Source: Octopus sinensis (lineage: Eukaryota). From it: 64,000 nucleotides of DNA. The stretch spans positions 2,316 to 66,315 of the forward strand of contig NW_021830453.1 in assembly GCF_006345805.1 (NCBI RefSeq), written 5' to 3'. Positions 39,836-52,105 of the stretch are shown here, piece after piece. The position numbers were made by a program, and so were the translations under genes. The notes beneath the pieces were generated by a model. The model had not been told where the DNA came from. It did no database searches and saw only the letters and a program-made list of their open reading frames with translations. The stretch's first letter is position 1. The number at the start of each line of letters is the position of its first letter.

Positions 39836-42339
39836 AAAGACAACTAACTACGTTACTGAAACCACTTTCTTTATCATTCTTCTGCTATAGTCTTGGGTCG
39901 ACCGAAGCCTTGTGAGTGGAATTGGTCGACGAAAACTGCGCTGAAGCCCGTCGTCTATATTTATACATACCTTTGTGTGTGTGTTTGTGTGTTTGTGCGT
40001 GCCCTTGCCTTGGTGTCATGTGGTGGTTGTAAACGAACATCACCGTCATACGAGCGATGTTGTTCGTTTTCAGTCTTCCGTAAAACCCGTAACTGAATTG
40101 GAACCCAGAACGCAATCGTATGGAAAATACGCTTCAAGACTCGGACAACACGTCATTAAGCATTTTATCCGATGTGTTAACATTCTGCAAGATCACCACA
40201 TTTCAATGGTTTCGAATATTGATACAAGGCCAACAATTTCAGGGGATGGGGTTGATTATATGGACCTCCGTGCGCCACTGGTACTTTGTGGATGGGTAAA
40301 CATCATCTTGCTTGGAAACAGGTGAAGGTTGGTGACAGGAAAGGCATCCAACTGTAGAGAATGCACCACATCAAATTCCGTCTGATCCATGCCAGCAATG
40401 AAAAGTGGACGTTAAACGATGACGATGACGATGATGATGGCGGTGACAATGCTGCTGCTGAGGATGATGTTGGTGATAGTGTAGTTTGAGGGACACGTGT
40501 TTGCTATTTCTAGCAAACTGAGCAATTTGGTCGATGTCCCACCCACCCCGTTGGTCGTTGTGGTGGTAGTAGTGGTGGTGTAAGTGATAGCAGTAGTGTA
40601 ATGAGGCGGTGTTGGCGTAGTAGTAGTTATAGTGGTGGTGTGGTGTTGGCGGTAGTGGTAGTTATAGTGGTGGTGGTTTGATGGTGGTGTGGTGTTGGCG
40701 GTAGTGGTAGTTATAGTGGTGGTGGTTTGATGGTGGTGTGGTGTTGGCGGTAGTGGTAGTGATGGTGTCAGTGGTTATCATGTGGCCATAGTGACGGTGT
40801 GGTTATGGTAGAAGTGGTGGTGTCGTTTTGGTGGTGGTGGTGGTGGTAGTGGTGTCAGTTGCAGTAAGGTGTTGTCATGTGGTATAGGCAATAATGACGG
40901 TGTGGTTATGGTTATGGAGGCGGTAGTCGTGGTGGTGTGTCATTGTTGTCTTGGTGGTGGTGGTAGGGGTGGTTGAAGTGGCAGTTGCGGTCAGGTGTTT
41001 TCATGTTGTGGTGAAGGAGGTAGTGCAGCGGCTACAGTGTAATGGGCAGTTTGGGCTGCAGTAAAACTGTATGACGTCATGGTAATGTTTAAGTGGTAGT
41101 TGACGGGTGGCTTGGCATGGTGTGAGAGATAGTGTAGAGGAGGTGGTTGTTATGCCGTTGTGAGGTGAATTCTTTGTAAGGAACACGTCAACGGTTCAAG
41201 GCTTAATTCAACTTTCTGATCCTTAATTACCATTTCGATTTTAATTGGACCATCCCCCCCTCCACCACCGCCTCACTCCAGTCACACGCCACCTGTTACT
41301 ACTACCCACTTAGCAACACCACCAGCCATCCACCACCACCACCACCACCACCGCCACCACCACTGCCGCCGTCACCATTATTGTCGAGACTACTACCACT
41401 ACAACTACGACTACTGCCACCACCACATCACCGCCACCGCCGCAGCAACCACCACCACTGTCACCACCACCACCACCACCACTACCACCACCATCACCAC
41501 CGCACCACCACCACCACCACCACTGCCGCCGTCACCATTATTGTCGGGACTACTACCACCACAACTACGACTACTACCACCACCACCACTACTATCACTC
41601 ATCACCGCCATCGCCGCAGCAACCACCATCACTGTCACCACCCACCACCACCACCACCACCACAATTGGTGATTGTTGAATCACCACTATCAACACCAAA
41701 ATCGCCGCCACTACTACCACCACCACCACCACCACCACCACCACAATCACCACCACTACCATAACTACTACGCCAACACCTCTACACCATCGCTATTACT
41801 AGCACATGACCCCTCCTCACATCACCAGCCCTCCAATCTTTAAACCCTACCCCCTAACTTATCTCCATCCCACATATTTCCCTAAATTTTCTACCTTGAC
41901 TCAACAGGGATTTCAAGGCCCCCAACTCCCTTCTTTTTGATCAATAATGGTTTTTTGTTGCTGGCGTTTAACCCCAGGTCAGCCGTAAAGCGGTAGATCA
42001 ATGATCGAAGGTGACGCACGAGAAGTTGGTTAAGAAGTTTGGTGGGTGAACTCGAACCCATGGATCCGGTTTCGATTCCATCGTGTTTGTGGCAAAGGGG
42101 CGAATTTTCTTCCCTATCGTGTTGCGTTGACCAGTACGTTGTGGACGGAATTTTGTTGACAGAAACTATGCGGAAGTTTGTCATGAGTGCGTTGTGTGTG
42201 TGTGTATACACGTAAGAATATAAGCACATGTATATATATATATTTACCTATTGCACCCTATATATATACACACACACATGTATGTATATATAGGCGTAGG
42301 AGTGGCTGTGTGGTAAGTAGCTTGCCATTGGCTTCAACC

Positions 42340-43032
42340 ACAGCTTCCAGACGATTTCAGAATCTCCTGCAACTCTTCTGAACGGTCTCCTTGTTTAAGT
42401 TGGTGAATGCTACCATAACACTTGCTTTCAGTTCATCTTTGGTGTTATAAGGAATTTTCTTGATCTCTCGTTCATCTGAGTCTCACACATAATAATTGAG
42501 GGGTCACAATCTGGGGAGTTTGGTGTAATCTGGAGAGTTAGGGGTAATATGGATTGCAGAAATTGTCTGACAGCCATGACTGGGTTCTTCTGTTGCCAGG
42601 CATAAGGTCTTCAAGTAGCCACCCTTTTTGTAAGCAGCGTTACCTCCTCCAGGCCGCTGATGTAGGCCTCCGAGTTGTCTGAGTGTCAAGATGAATGGAG
42701 GCACAACGTCGACATCATTAGTGATCAATCCAAACACCTTCGTAATCGCCATCAGACTCATCTAACTCTTTCCGAATCCTCTGCACTGTCCTTAGATTGA
42801 CACCCAAACACCTTGAAATGTTCGTATTGGAGTTTCCGGCGCCAATGCCGAGCACTACAGCATGTCGCTTCCAAATTTCTGGCAGAGTGTATTGCGTCAT
42901 GGTACTGTTTTCTTCACAGACGGTGCCCAACTGATCCTACTATAGTGTGTAGTCGACAAAATCCAAAACAAGCAATGCGCATGTGCAAAATTAAAAAATG
43001 TAACATGGCGATTATTTACCAATTGCACCCTA
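42340..43032 (-). mobile_element. Tc1/mariner (maT-like) internally deleted element
   Basis: N-terminal HTH-like ORF 42718..42930, PNSPDC motif and C-terminal ..LEAVVEANG; TIR GGGTGCAAT(G/T)GGTAAATAAT at ~43012-43030. Confidence 0.75.
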
Positions 43033-43261
43033 TATATATAATATATATTATAGATGGTGCAATGGGTAAATAATCATATATATATATATTATATATATAT
43101 ATATATATATACCAATTAAGGACTGCACACGAAAGTGGACAGTCACATGCTAGATATAGACGTCAAATCGCCATTCTCCACAAAAAGTTTATGTTCTCAG
43201 ATCAAACTCAACAAAACCAAAGCAATAAACAAGTGAAAAATATACGAAATAAAATATTTAC

Positions 43262-43322
43262 CCATGGACTAAATTAGTTTCGGCTGTTATTTCCGCAAGG
43301 AAAACTGCAGCATCATCACTGG
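43262..43322 (-). ncRNA. Degenerate hammerhead motif (same family as 50780)
   Basis: GUGAUGA-uGCUG...CAGCc-GAA-ACUAAUUUAGU-C; C3G change and disrupted stem I. Confidence 0.45.
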
Positions 43323-43380
43323 TTCTAATTGATAAATATCAATTTTTACCCTAAATTTAATTTATATATATATATATATA

Positions 43381-43434
<54 letters not shown>

Positions 43435-43497
43435 GCAATGGGTAAATAATCTATCTCTATATATATATATGATATATATATATATATATATATATAC

Positions 43498-43766
43498 AAA
43501 ATATTATTGAGACAAAACCACTATTTTGCAAAACAAACAAGGAAAGACTTAATCAATACATAAAAATTTAATAAATAGTCAAAAAAACCGCCACTACAAT
43601 CGTTTTCTTGTTGTCTTGATCGACAATCTTCAGGTGGACTTCCAATCTAAAAAATCAAATTTTAAAAAAAATTACTTTTTTTGACTATTTATTAAATTTT
43701 TATGTATTGATTAAGTTTTTCCTTGTTTGTTTTGCAAAATAGTGGTTTTGTCTCTAATAATATTTT
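43498..43766. mobile_element. Fold-back (arms 43498-43587 / 43675-43766) with a hammerhead-like motif in the spacer (43591-43637, -)
   Basis: CCAC-CUGAAGA-UUGU...ACAA-GAAA-ACGAUUGU-A-GUGG, with one extra A. Confidence 0.65.
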
Positions 43767-43918
43767 ATAATATTTTACTATAAAATTGGATTTAATCCTA
43801 AATCTGATTTTTTTTCCCTGTAAATTTTGGATTATTCCCTAATATTTATTATTATATATATATTACATATATATATACACACATATATATATACACATAT
43901 ATATATATATACACATAT

Positions 43919-43986
<68 letters not shown>

Positions 43987-44065
43987 GCGCATACACATAT
44001 ACATACCCAAAGAAGTGCACTTACATATACACACATATACATATAAATAATATGTATATATATAT

Positions 44066-44310
44066 TCTTCCAAAGAGTCTGAGGAGCTTGCACAAAGTAA
44101 ATGTAGCGGTTTTTAAATCAAAGCTGGACATCTTCCTGGCGAGAGTCCCAGATGAACCTACCTAACGGCAAGAGGTGCAAATGAGGGTAGCTATATCAAA
44201 CTCCATTCTTCACCAAGTGCCACATATTAGAGGAGGCTCTTAATAACGGTGTAAGCACAAAACGGCGGTGCATCAGCATGGCCACAGCTGTGAGCTGAAA
44301 CAAGAAAAAA
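44066..44310 (+). mobile_element. CR1/L2-group LINE 3' end
   Basis: LPKSLR...FKSKLDIFLARVPDEP...SNSILHQ followed by the 3' tail; homologous copy at ~61975-62285 (-). Confidence 0.7.
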
Positions 44311-44314
44311 AATG

Positions 44315-44347
<33 letters not shown>

Positions 44348-44348
44348 G

Positions 44349-44392
<44 letters not shown>

Positions 44393-44396
44393 TATC

Positions 44397-44436
<40 letters not shown>

Positions 44437-44439
44437 ACG

Positions 44440-44496
<57 letters not shown>

Positions 44497-44552
44497 GAAA
44501 TATTAAAATAACTAAGTCTCTCTAAAGAGAACAGCGGCAGCGTTCCCGGAAA

Positions 44553-44929
44553 ATAATAGTTATCGCCATACTAATATGGCATTCTTATAAAAATAAGAAA
44601 AAGCTGTCCGCTTATTAGCTCCATGAGGCCATCGCCTTAATTAGCTATTTGATACACAAACTGTATCCATATAACCTTCGAACAGAGATTGTCGGAAGCG
44701 ACCCCTACTGGCTGGCTACGCTGCATTGAAAAGGGGCAATACCCCGAAACGCGTCTGTAGCTGCCGGTCAAGTAGTGTGGAGCGACTGACCTCCTTGTTC
44801 GAAGGTTATATGGATACAGTTTGTGTATCAAATAGCCAACTTAAGGCGATGGCCTCATGGAGCTAATAAGCGGACAGCTTTTTTCTTATTTTTATAAGAA
44901 TGCCATATTAGTATGGCGATAACTATTAT
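44553..44929. repeat. Young fold-back, ~132-bp near-identical arms (44553-44684 / 44796-44929)
   Basis: Direct reverse-complement match with few differences. Confidence 0.9.
44720..44761 (+). ncRNA. Minimal type I hammerhead ribozyme, U3-A8 covariant core
   Basis: GCUGCA-UUGAAAA-GGGG caaua CCCC-GAA-ACGCGU-C-UGUAGC. All three stems form, stem III is palindromic and the triplet is GUC. Confidence 0.8.
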
Positions 44930-44935
44930 ATATAT

Positions 44936-44986
<51 letters not shown>

Positions 44987-45097
44987 TATGTATATATATA
45001 CACACGCACATTAAATTTTAGGTGGAAATTGTACAGAAACCTATTGTGCATGTGTTTCTATGACTGTTTGTGCCTATGTATATATATAATGTATGTA

Positions 45098-45134
<37 letters not shown>

Positions 45135-45565
45135 CCTGTGTGTGTATATATATTCTTTTATTCTTTTACTTGTTTCAGTCATTTGACTGTGGCCATGCTG
45201 GAGCACTGTCTTTAGTGGAGTAAATCAACCCCAGGACTTATTCTTTGTAAGCCTAGTACTTATTCTGTCGGTTTCTTTTGCCGAACCGCTAGATTACGGG
45301 GACGTAAACACACTAACATCAGTTGTCAAGCGATGGAGAGGTACAAGCAGAAACACACACATATACTTTGTATAGAGGAAAAGTTATCCTACAGACTGGG
45401 AATGACCTCGTATGTAAATACAAGAAGTTATGTCTACATTAGCATTTAGTTCGAAAATACACACGCGGACACACAGACGCACATACACACACACGCATAC
45501 ATACACGCGTAAACACACCTACTTATGTATATTGTCTGTATGTTTATATGTATATAAATCTGTAT

Positions 45566-45611
<46 letters not shown>

Positions 45612-45919
45612 CAGAGCGAGAAAATGAGTGTCAACTAAATATACATAAACCTTTGTGAACTGGACCGGGTACATCTACACACCTGCAATGAAACGGGGTT
45701 GGGAATTCGTGTTTGCAACTCTGTTTATACATGCATGAAGTTTATTGAATAAATAATGGAGAAACTATTATACTTCATTGTAGAAATATCTACAAAATAT
45801 TATCACACATTTCAATAACAAAACATATATGCTTTATTAAGTTTTATCGCCATACTTTCTTGACATACCTGTGACTGTGTGGTACGTAAGCTTTATTTCA
45901 TGTTCATCATTTTTATTCC

Positions 45920-46317
45920 TACTAGCAGTATCGCCCGGCGTTACTCGGGTTTGTTTCGACCCTTTAGAATTGGAATTTTTGAAAAGTAAAAATTTTGCAT
46001 TATGTAGCTTGTTATTCTCTTTAAGTGAACATTTTTCTGGTTGAAATACACCGAAAAATGGCGACACAACAGTAAAACAATCGTAAAAAATAGGGATTTT
46101 CATAGAAAAAAAGCACCTTCTTGATGTAAATAATTTTTGGTGTTAACATGGTCCGATATGAATTTTTTCCTCTACGGCAGGAGAGCAAGACTTCTTCTAT
46201 CATACTCTCAATTTTGGTCAACTTACGCCACAGGGTCTCGGAGGGGATAGAGTTAGTTGAAGGCTACCAAACCTGCCATACACAGACAACTTCAGCTTTA
46301 TATAAAAATATACAGAT
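45920..46317 (+). mobile_element. Non-autonomous Helitron/HINE-like element
   Basis: Begins ACTAGCAGTATCGCCCGGCGTTACTCGGG (subterminal hairpin) and ends ...CAGCTTTATATA..AGAT. The class call is by resemblance only. Confidence 0.5.
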
Positions 46318-46873
46318 GTTATTACTTATATTGACTATTGTCTTATTTCAGACTTTATATATAGAGAGATTTTATGTCGCATTCTCTTTACACTCAAACA
46401 ATTGTTTATTAAAATAAAATATTGTGTGAATCTCTGGAGAGTGAAGAAGGGAAGATATTTCTGGTTGGAACCCCCAGGTTTTCTGTCCTGAAATGGCCTG
46501 CTTAAGAATTCATCCGGATAGAGGAACACTGCCGGACACCTTGTAACTATGTTATGCTACCAACCAGCATGTTACATTGGGTGTTTAAGAAGTCAAAGGT
46601 GCATAAAATATCCCCACAAACATCAAAAACAAGGTGAAGATGACTGTCACTTCACACTAGTCCTCTGATGTTTGGGTACGCCCCCTGGCGAACACATTCC
46701 CTAGCCTCTAATCACCGCCAAAGGTTGAAAGAGACTGAAGTTATTTGGAAAGGAAATCTCTGGAGAAAACGTTTACAGACATTGTGACGTCATAATGACA
46801 AAATGGAAGAAATGAAAATTATATTTTTACTTTATATAAAATTCACACAGCACATGCACACACACATACATAC

Positions 46874-47275
46874 ATCATCATCATCATTGTTCGACCGTGG
46901 TCGAGACAATGGAATTTACCATGCTACGCCAGACTTCACGGTCCATCATGGCATTACGGAGGTCCTGTTGCTGGATGCCTGTATCCCTGTAGATTACATC
47001 AGGGTAGGAGAGTGTGCGCCCTCTGGTATTGCGAGTAGATGGCTTCCAGAGGAGAAGAGTAGAAATTACCTCGTTTTCAGCTCTACAACAATGTCCAGCA
47101 AACTGGACTTTCCTACCTTTCACAAGAGATGACACAGGTGGTAGTTTCCCATATATTTGCATTTTGGTTGGATGACTCTTCCACGAGAGATTTTGAGCTC
47201 TCATAAGGAGGCGAGTGTAGGTTCCATCCAAACGCCTCTCAAGCTTCTTTGATAACGTCCATACACACTCATAAA
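46874..47275 (-). mobile_element. RTE-clade LINE 3' end with (TGA)n tail
   Basis: ERRLDGTYTRLLMRAQNLSWKSH...FAGHC...DREVWR, then stop and (TGA)n. Confidence 0.85.
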
Positions 47276-47387
47276 TATTGACAAATGTATGTGTGTATGT
47301 ATGTATGTATGTATGTATGTATGTATGTATGTATGTATGTATGTATGTATGTATGTATAATATATATATATACAAAGAGAGAGATGG

Positions 47388-47418
<31 letters not shown>

Positions 47419-47421
47419 TAG

Positions 47422-47452
<31 letters not shown>

Positions 47453-47637
47453 CACGAGGTAACTTGAATTTTGCAAGGCCCCATCCACACCTTGTCGTGA
47501 GCGGAAATCAGTCTTTCACCACATGTACATCGTGTATTAGGGTTAAATACACACAAACATACATACATATATACACACATACCCATACACACATGCATAC
47601 ATTCATACATACATACAGAAATAAACACACATACATA

Positions 47638-48494
47638 CGAGGTCTGATCAATAAGGACACGGACTGTTGCCACACTAGCGAATTAAAGCACACAGAGCGA
47701 AGCCTCTTAGCACAGATTGACCTTTGAACTCTTCTGTGCATGCGCACTAAGTTTTGATGTTCTAGCTCACTTCCGCCGTTTACAGCAGTGCTTGGAAGGA
47801 ACGTGTGTAGCGTGTGATCGTCGCCTTGACCATGTCAGAGAAAGTTGTCATGGCGATACCTGCTCAAAGGCCTAAGCAAAGTTGCAGAAATTGTATGGAG
47901 AAGAGTCTATGATCCACACACAAGTGTACGAGTGGTTCAGACGTTTCCAAGATGACCGAAAAAATGTCAATAGTGTCTGGGAGACCTGCAACCAGCAGAA
48001 CTGAGAAAAATATTGTAGATGTGCGTGCAGCTGTGAGGGGAAATCACTGAATCCCCATCCATGAGTTATCAGAGGGTTTGCAGATTAGTTACGATGCAGT
48101 TCAGTCCATTATCACTGAAGATTTGGGTATGAAGCATGTGTCTCCTAAGTTTGTGCCAAAACTGCTTTCAGCTGACCAAAAGAACACTCGGGTTTCAGTT
48201 GCGCAAGATCTCCTTGAAAACGATGAAAACATTTTGAAAACTTTGCGTAGGCCTCTGAACAGGTATCGCCAAACTTTTGGCAAAATTTGATGCTGATTCT
48301 TTGCCCAACTTTCTCTGTCAAAGTCATTGTGACGAACACACGCTACACACGTTCCTTCCAAGCACTGCTGTAAACAGCAGAAGTGAGCTAGAAAGTCGAA
48401 GCTTGGTGCCCATGCGCAACAGAGTTCAAGGTCAATCTTTGCCAAGCGGCTTCAATCTCCCCGCTTTAGCTTCGTTACTATTGATCTGACCTCG
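47638..48494 (+). mobile_element. Non-autonomous mariner derivative with internal inverted duplication
   Basis: TA-CGAGGTCTGATCAA / TTGATCTGACCTCG TIRs; HTH-region peptide ..EDLGMKHVSPKFVPKLL..; the right ~250 bp is an inverted copy of the left end. Confidence 0.85.
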
Positions 48495-48867
48495 AACATA
48501 CATACCTACATGCAAACGTACACACATACACATACACATACTACATACATACATACATACATACATAGTTACATACATACATACATACACACATACATAC
48601 ACACATTCATACATACATACACATGCACACACATACATAAATTTATCCATCCATGCATACATACACATATACATACATACGAACATACATATGTACACAT
48701 ATGTATACGTACGCATGACCGTCTATGCGTGTAATACAGATACACTCGTATACATTAATCTCGTGTATGCATATAATCTATATGAATCAAGAAGATGCCA
48801 TCTATAGAGTAAATTGAAACGGTAGAAATAGCAGCTAAATCATTCTCAAATCACACATATTTTGTGG

Positions 48868-49071
48868 TTACTCTTTTATTTGTTTCAGTCATTTGACTGC
48901 GGCCATGCTGGAGCATCGCCTTTAGTCGAGCAAATCGACCCCAGGACTTATTCTTTGGATGCCTGGTACTTATTCTATCGGCCACTTTTGACGAACCGCT
49001 AAGTAACGGGGACGTAAACACACCAGCATCGGTTGTCAAGCGATGTTTGGAGGACAAACACAGACACACAG

Positions 49072-49120
<49 letters not shown>

Positions 49121-49310
49121 TATATATATATATATATAAATATATATACATATATACGACGGGTTTCTTTTCAGTTTCCGTCTAACAAATCCACTCACAA
49201 GGCTTTGGTTGGCTTGAGGCTATAGTAGAAGACACTTGCCCAAGGTGCCACGCAGTGGGACTGAACCCGGAACCATGTGGTTGGTAAGCAAGCTACTTAC
49301 CACACAGCCA
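48868..49310 (-). mobile_element. SINE family A, full length
   Basis: As at 25476. Confidence 0.9.
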
Positions 49311-50010
49311 ATCCTAATCCGAAAGTGATTTTTATATTGTAAATTGATACGGTAGAAATAGCAGCTAAATCTCTCTCAAATCATACGCATTACATGGATG
49401 CATACAATCCGAACGTGACATCTATATAGTAAATTGATATGGTACAAATAGCAGCTAATTCTCTCTCATATTGCAACCTTCTATTTATGTAGATATATCT
49501 GAAGGAATCGGTTCAAGAGCTACATATCTCACATTGCATCTTACTATCTTGTATTTATTTGTACGATTGGCGCAGGCGCGTGGCTTTGTGGTTAGGCTAT
49601 TGATTTCAAGATATCGATCATTTTTACAACATGGAAACCTGACAACTGGCCTCATATGTTTCAAGATTATCAGAACTGCCATGGGATTGAACCCGCAACA
49701 ACAAGGTTGCCAAAGCGAATATTCTAGCCACGCAACAGATAACTACGTCATCGAAACAAATAACTTCTTTGAACCCCTAAAGGGACTCCCTTTCAGGTTT
49801 TACTCATGCATTCCATCACACCGTATAATTAATTATTTAATTTTTTAATTATTTTTCATAATTTTTTTTAATTACATTTTTGCAAATCCTTTAGAAATTC
49901 TTTGTTCGGGCATTCAATGACCAATGGTCGAAGGTTAATGACTAATGCTCAGTGAGTGGCGAATTGTGTTTGATGTGTAATGTTTGATGGTTGAGGGTTG
50001 GTGGTGGTGG

Positions 50011-50041
<31 letters not shown>

Positions 50042-50490
50042 GGTGGTGTTTAGCTCTAGGTCAGACTGGTTCGATATATGGTGAAAAGCTTTCCATATGT
50101 GGCCACCTAACCATCATTTACATCCTCTATATATTTATGATGGTATGGGTGGGGGTTGAGCAAGATTGGGCTGCAATTTCTAGCAGATGCAGAGACCACA
50201 TAAAGCTGCCACCTATTGGTGTTAGTGAAGGTGGTGGTGGTATTGGTATTTAGCCCCAGGAAAGACTTTTCAAGCATTGAAAATATATGATCACAAGCAT
50301 TCCAAATGTGAGCACCTCTCCATTTTTGTATATAGCACATTTTCCATTCCATTATGTGTATATATTTATACACACACAAATGTATGCACATATATATACA
50401 TATACATATGTATATGTGTATATATATATATATACACGCACACACACACATATATACACACACACACACATACACACACATATGTATACG

Positions 50491-50930
50491 AAGAGTATGT
50501 TCTCAAAAAAAATTTCAGCAAAACGCTAGAATGTAAAAATGAGCATGACAATTGAAAATATACGAAATAAAAAACGATTACCTATGTACCAATGGTTTCT
50601 CTAACCGGTAAATTAACTGTAGAAATGTATTAACTGCAGAGTTATTTCCGGCCTCAGCGCAACAAAATGAAGACATTTGAAAAATACCCCCAAATATAAT
50701 TTGCAGAACTTTATACATACTCTCTCTCGGGTGAGCGTTCTGTGTCTAGTTCTGGAAATTGTGTTTTGTAAGCGACAGACTACGCTGATGAGTCTGCAAA
50801 TATTTATATTCGTAAATATTAACAAGTGAAACCATAGGTACGTAGGCGATCGTTTTTTATTTTCATTTGTCTTGCTTATTTTTGATTTTTGGCGTTTTGC
50901 TGAAATTTTTTTTCTTGACAACATACTCTT
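50491..50930. mobile_element. Fold-back Penelope-like remnant (arms ~50491-50599 / 50828-50930)
   Basis: Diverged inverted arms; flanking sequence is shared with 43140-43325. Confidence 0.65.
50780..50845 (+). ncRNA. Type I hammerhead ribozyme motif, canonical core
   Basis: CUACG-CUGAUGA-stem II (AAUAUUUA/UAAAUAUU)-GAA-ACC aua GGU-A-CGUAG; triplet GUA. Confidence 0.75.
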
Positions 50931-51181
50931 AGTGGTAAGGCGATTTGACGTCTATATTTAGCATATTAGGAGGTCATTCCTCTTAATTTCATATGTAATA
51001 TAATTTTTAATCTTTTCTTTGGACTTTCTAAATATACTAAGCCACTGGTTTTAATTCGTTAATAGCAATTTCTACTTTCATTATTTCTACATGTACGTAC
51101 ATATATGTACGTATATATGCATATGTTTTATTTATTAATTTGTTATTATATGACGGAACGCATGCATCCATTTCTAAGTTT

Positions 51182-51253
<72 letters not shown>

Positions 51254-51669
51254 GTGGCAGGTGCGGCTGCGGTAGCTGTGTGGTAATAAGTTTGCTTCTC
51301 AACCAAATAGTTTCGGGTTCAGTCTCAGAGCATCGCAACTTGATCAAGTGTCTTCTACTATAGCTTTGAACCGACCAAAACCTTGTGAGTGGATCTGGCT
51401 GCTATTTCTAGCAAATCGATCGACTACATATAGCCTCCTAACTTAAAGGATGAGTATATACTTATAGGTGCATATACGTGGGTGTGCGGGCGCGCATGTG
51501 TAGGTATGGACATGTGCGCTTACGCGAATACTATGAACATTTTCACCCCCTTACCTTTAGTTAAATCCCCTCAGTTAGTAGTCATTCTAATAGCTCTTTT
51601 GTGTTAATAATAACGGTCAATCACACAGTAATATATATATATATATATACACACATATATATATATATA

Positions 51670-52105
51670 GGCGCAGGAGTGGTTGTGTGGTAATTAGCTT
51701 GCTTACCAACCAATGGTTCTGGGTTCAGTCCCACTGCATGGCACTTTGGGCAAGTGTCTTCTACTATAGCCTCAAACCAACCAAAGCCTTGTGAGTCGAT
51801 CTGGTAGACGGAAATTGAAAGAATGTATATATATATAGATACACACACACATATATATATATATATTCTTTCAATTTTCAATATATATATATATATACAC
51901 ACATATATGTATATGTTTGTGTATCTGTGCTTGTCCCCCGCACTATCGCTTGACAACCGATGTTGCTGTGTCTACGTTCCTGTACCTTAGCGGTTCAGCA
52001 AAAGAAAGGGATAGAATAAGTTCGGGGGTGGGGTCGATTTGTTCGACTAAAAGGCGTTGCTTCAGCATTGCCGCAATAAATGACTGAAACAAAAAGAGTA
52101 AAGAA
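51670..52105 (+). mobile_element. SINE family A, full length
   Basis: As at 27246. Confidence 0.85.
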
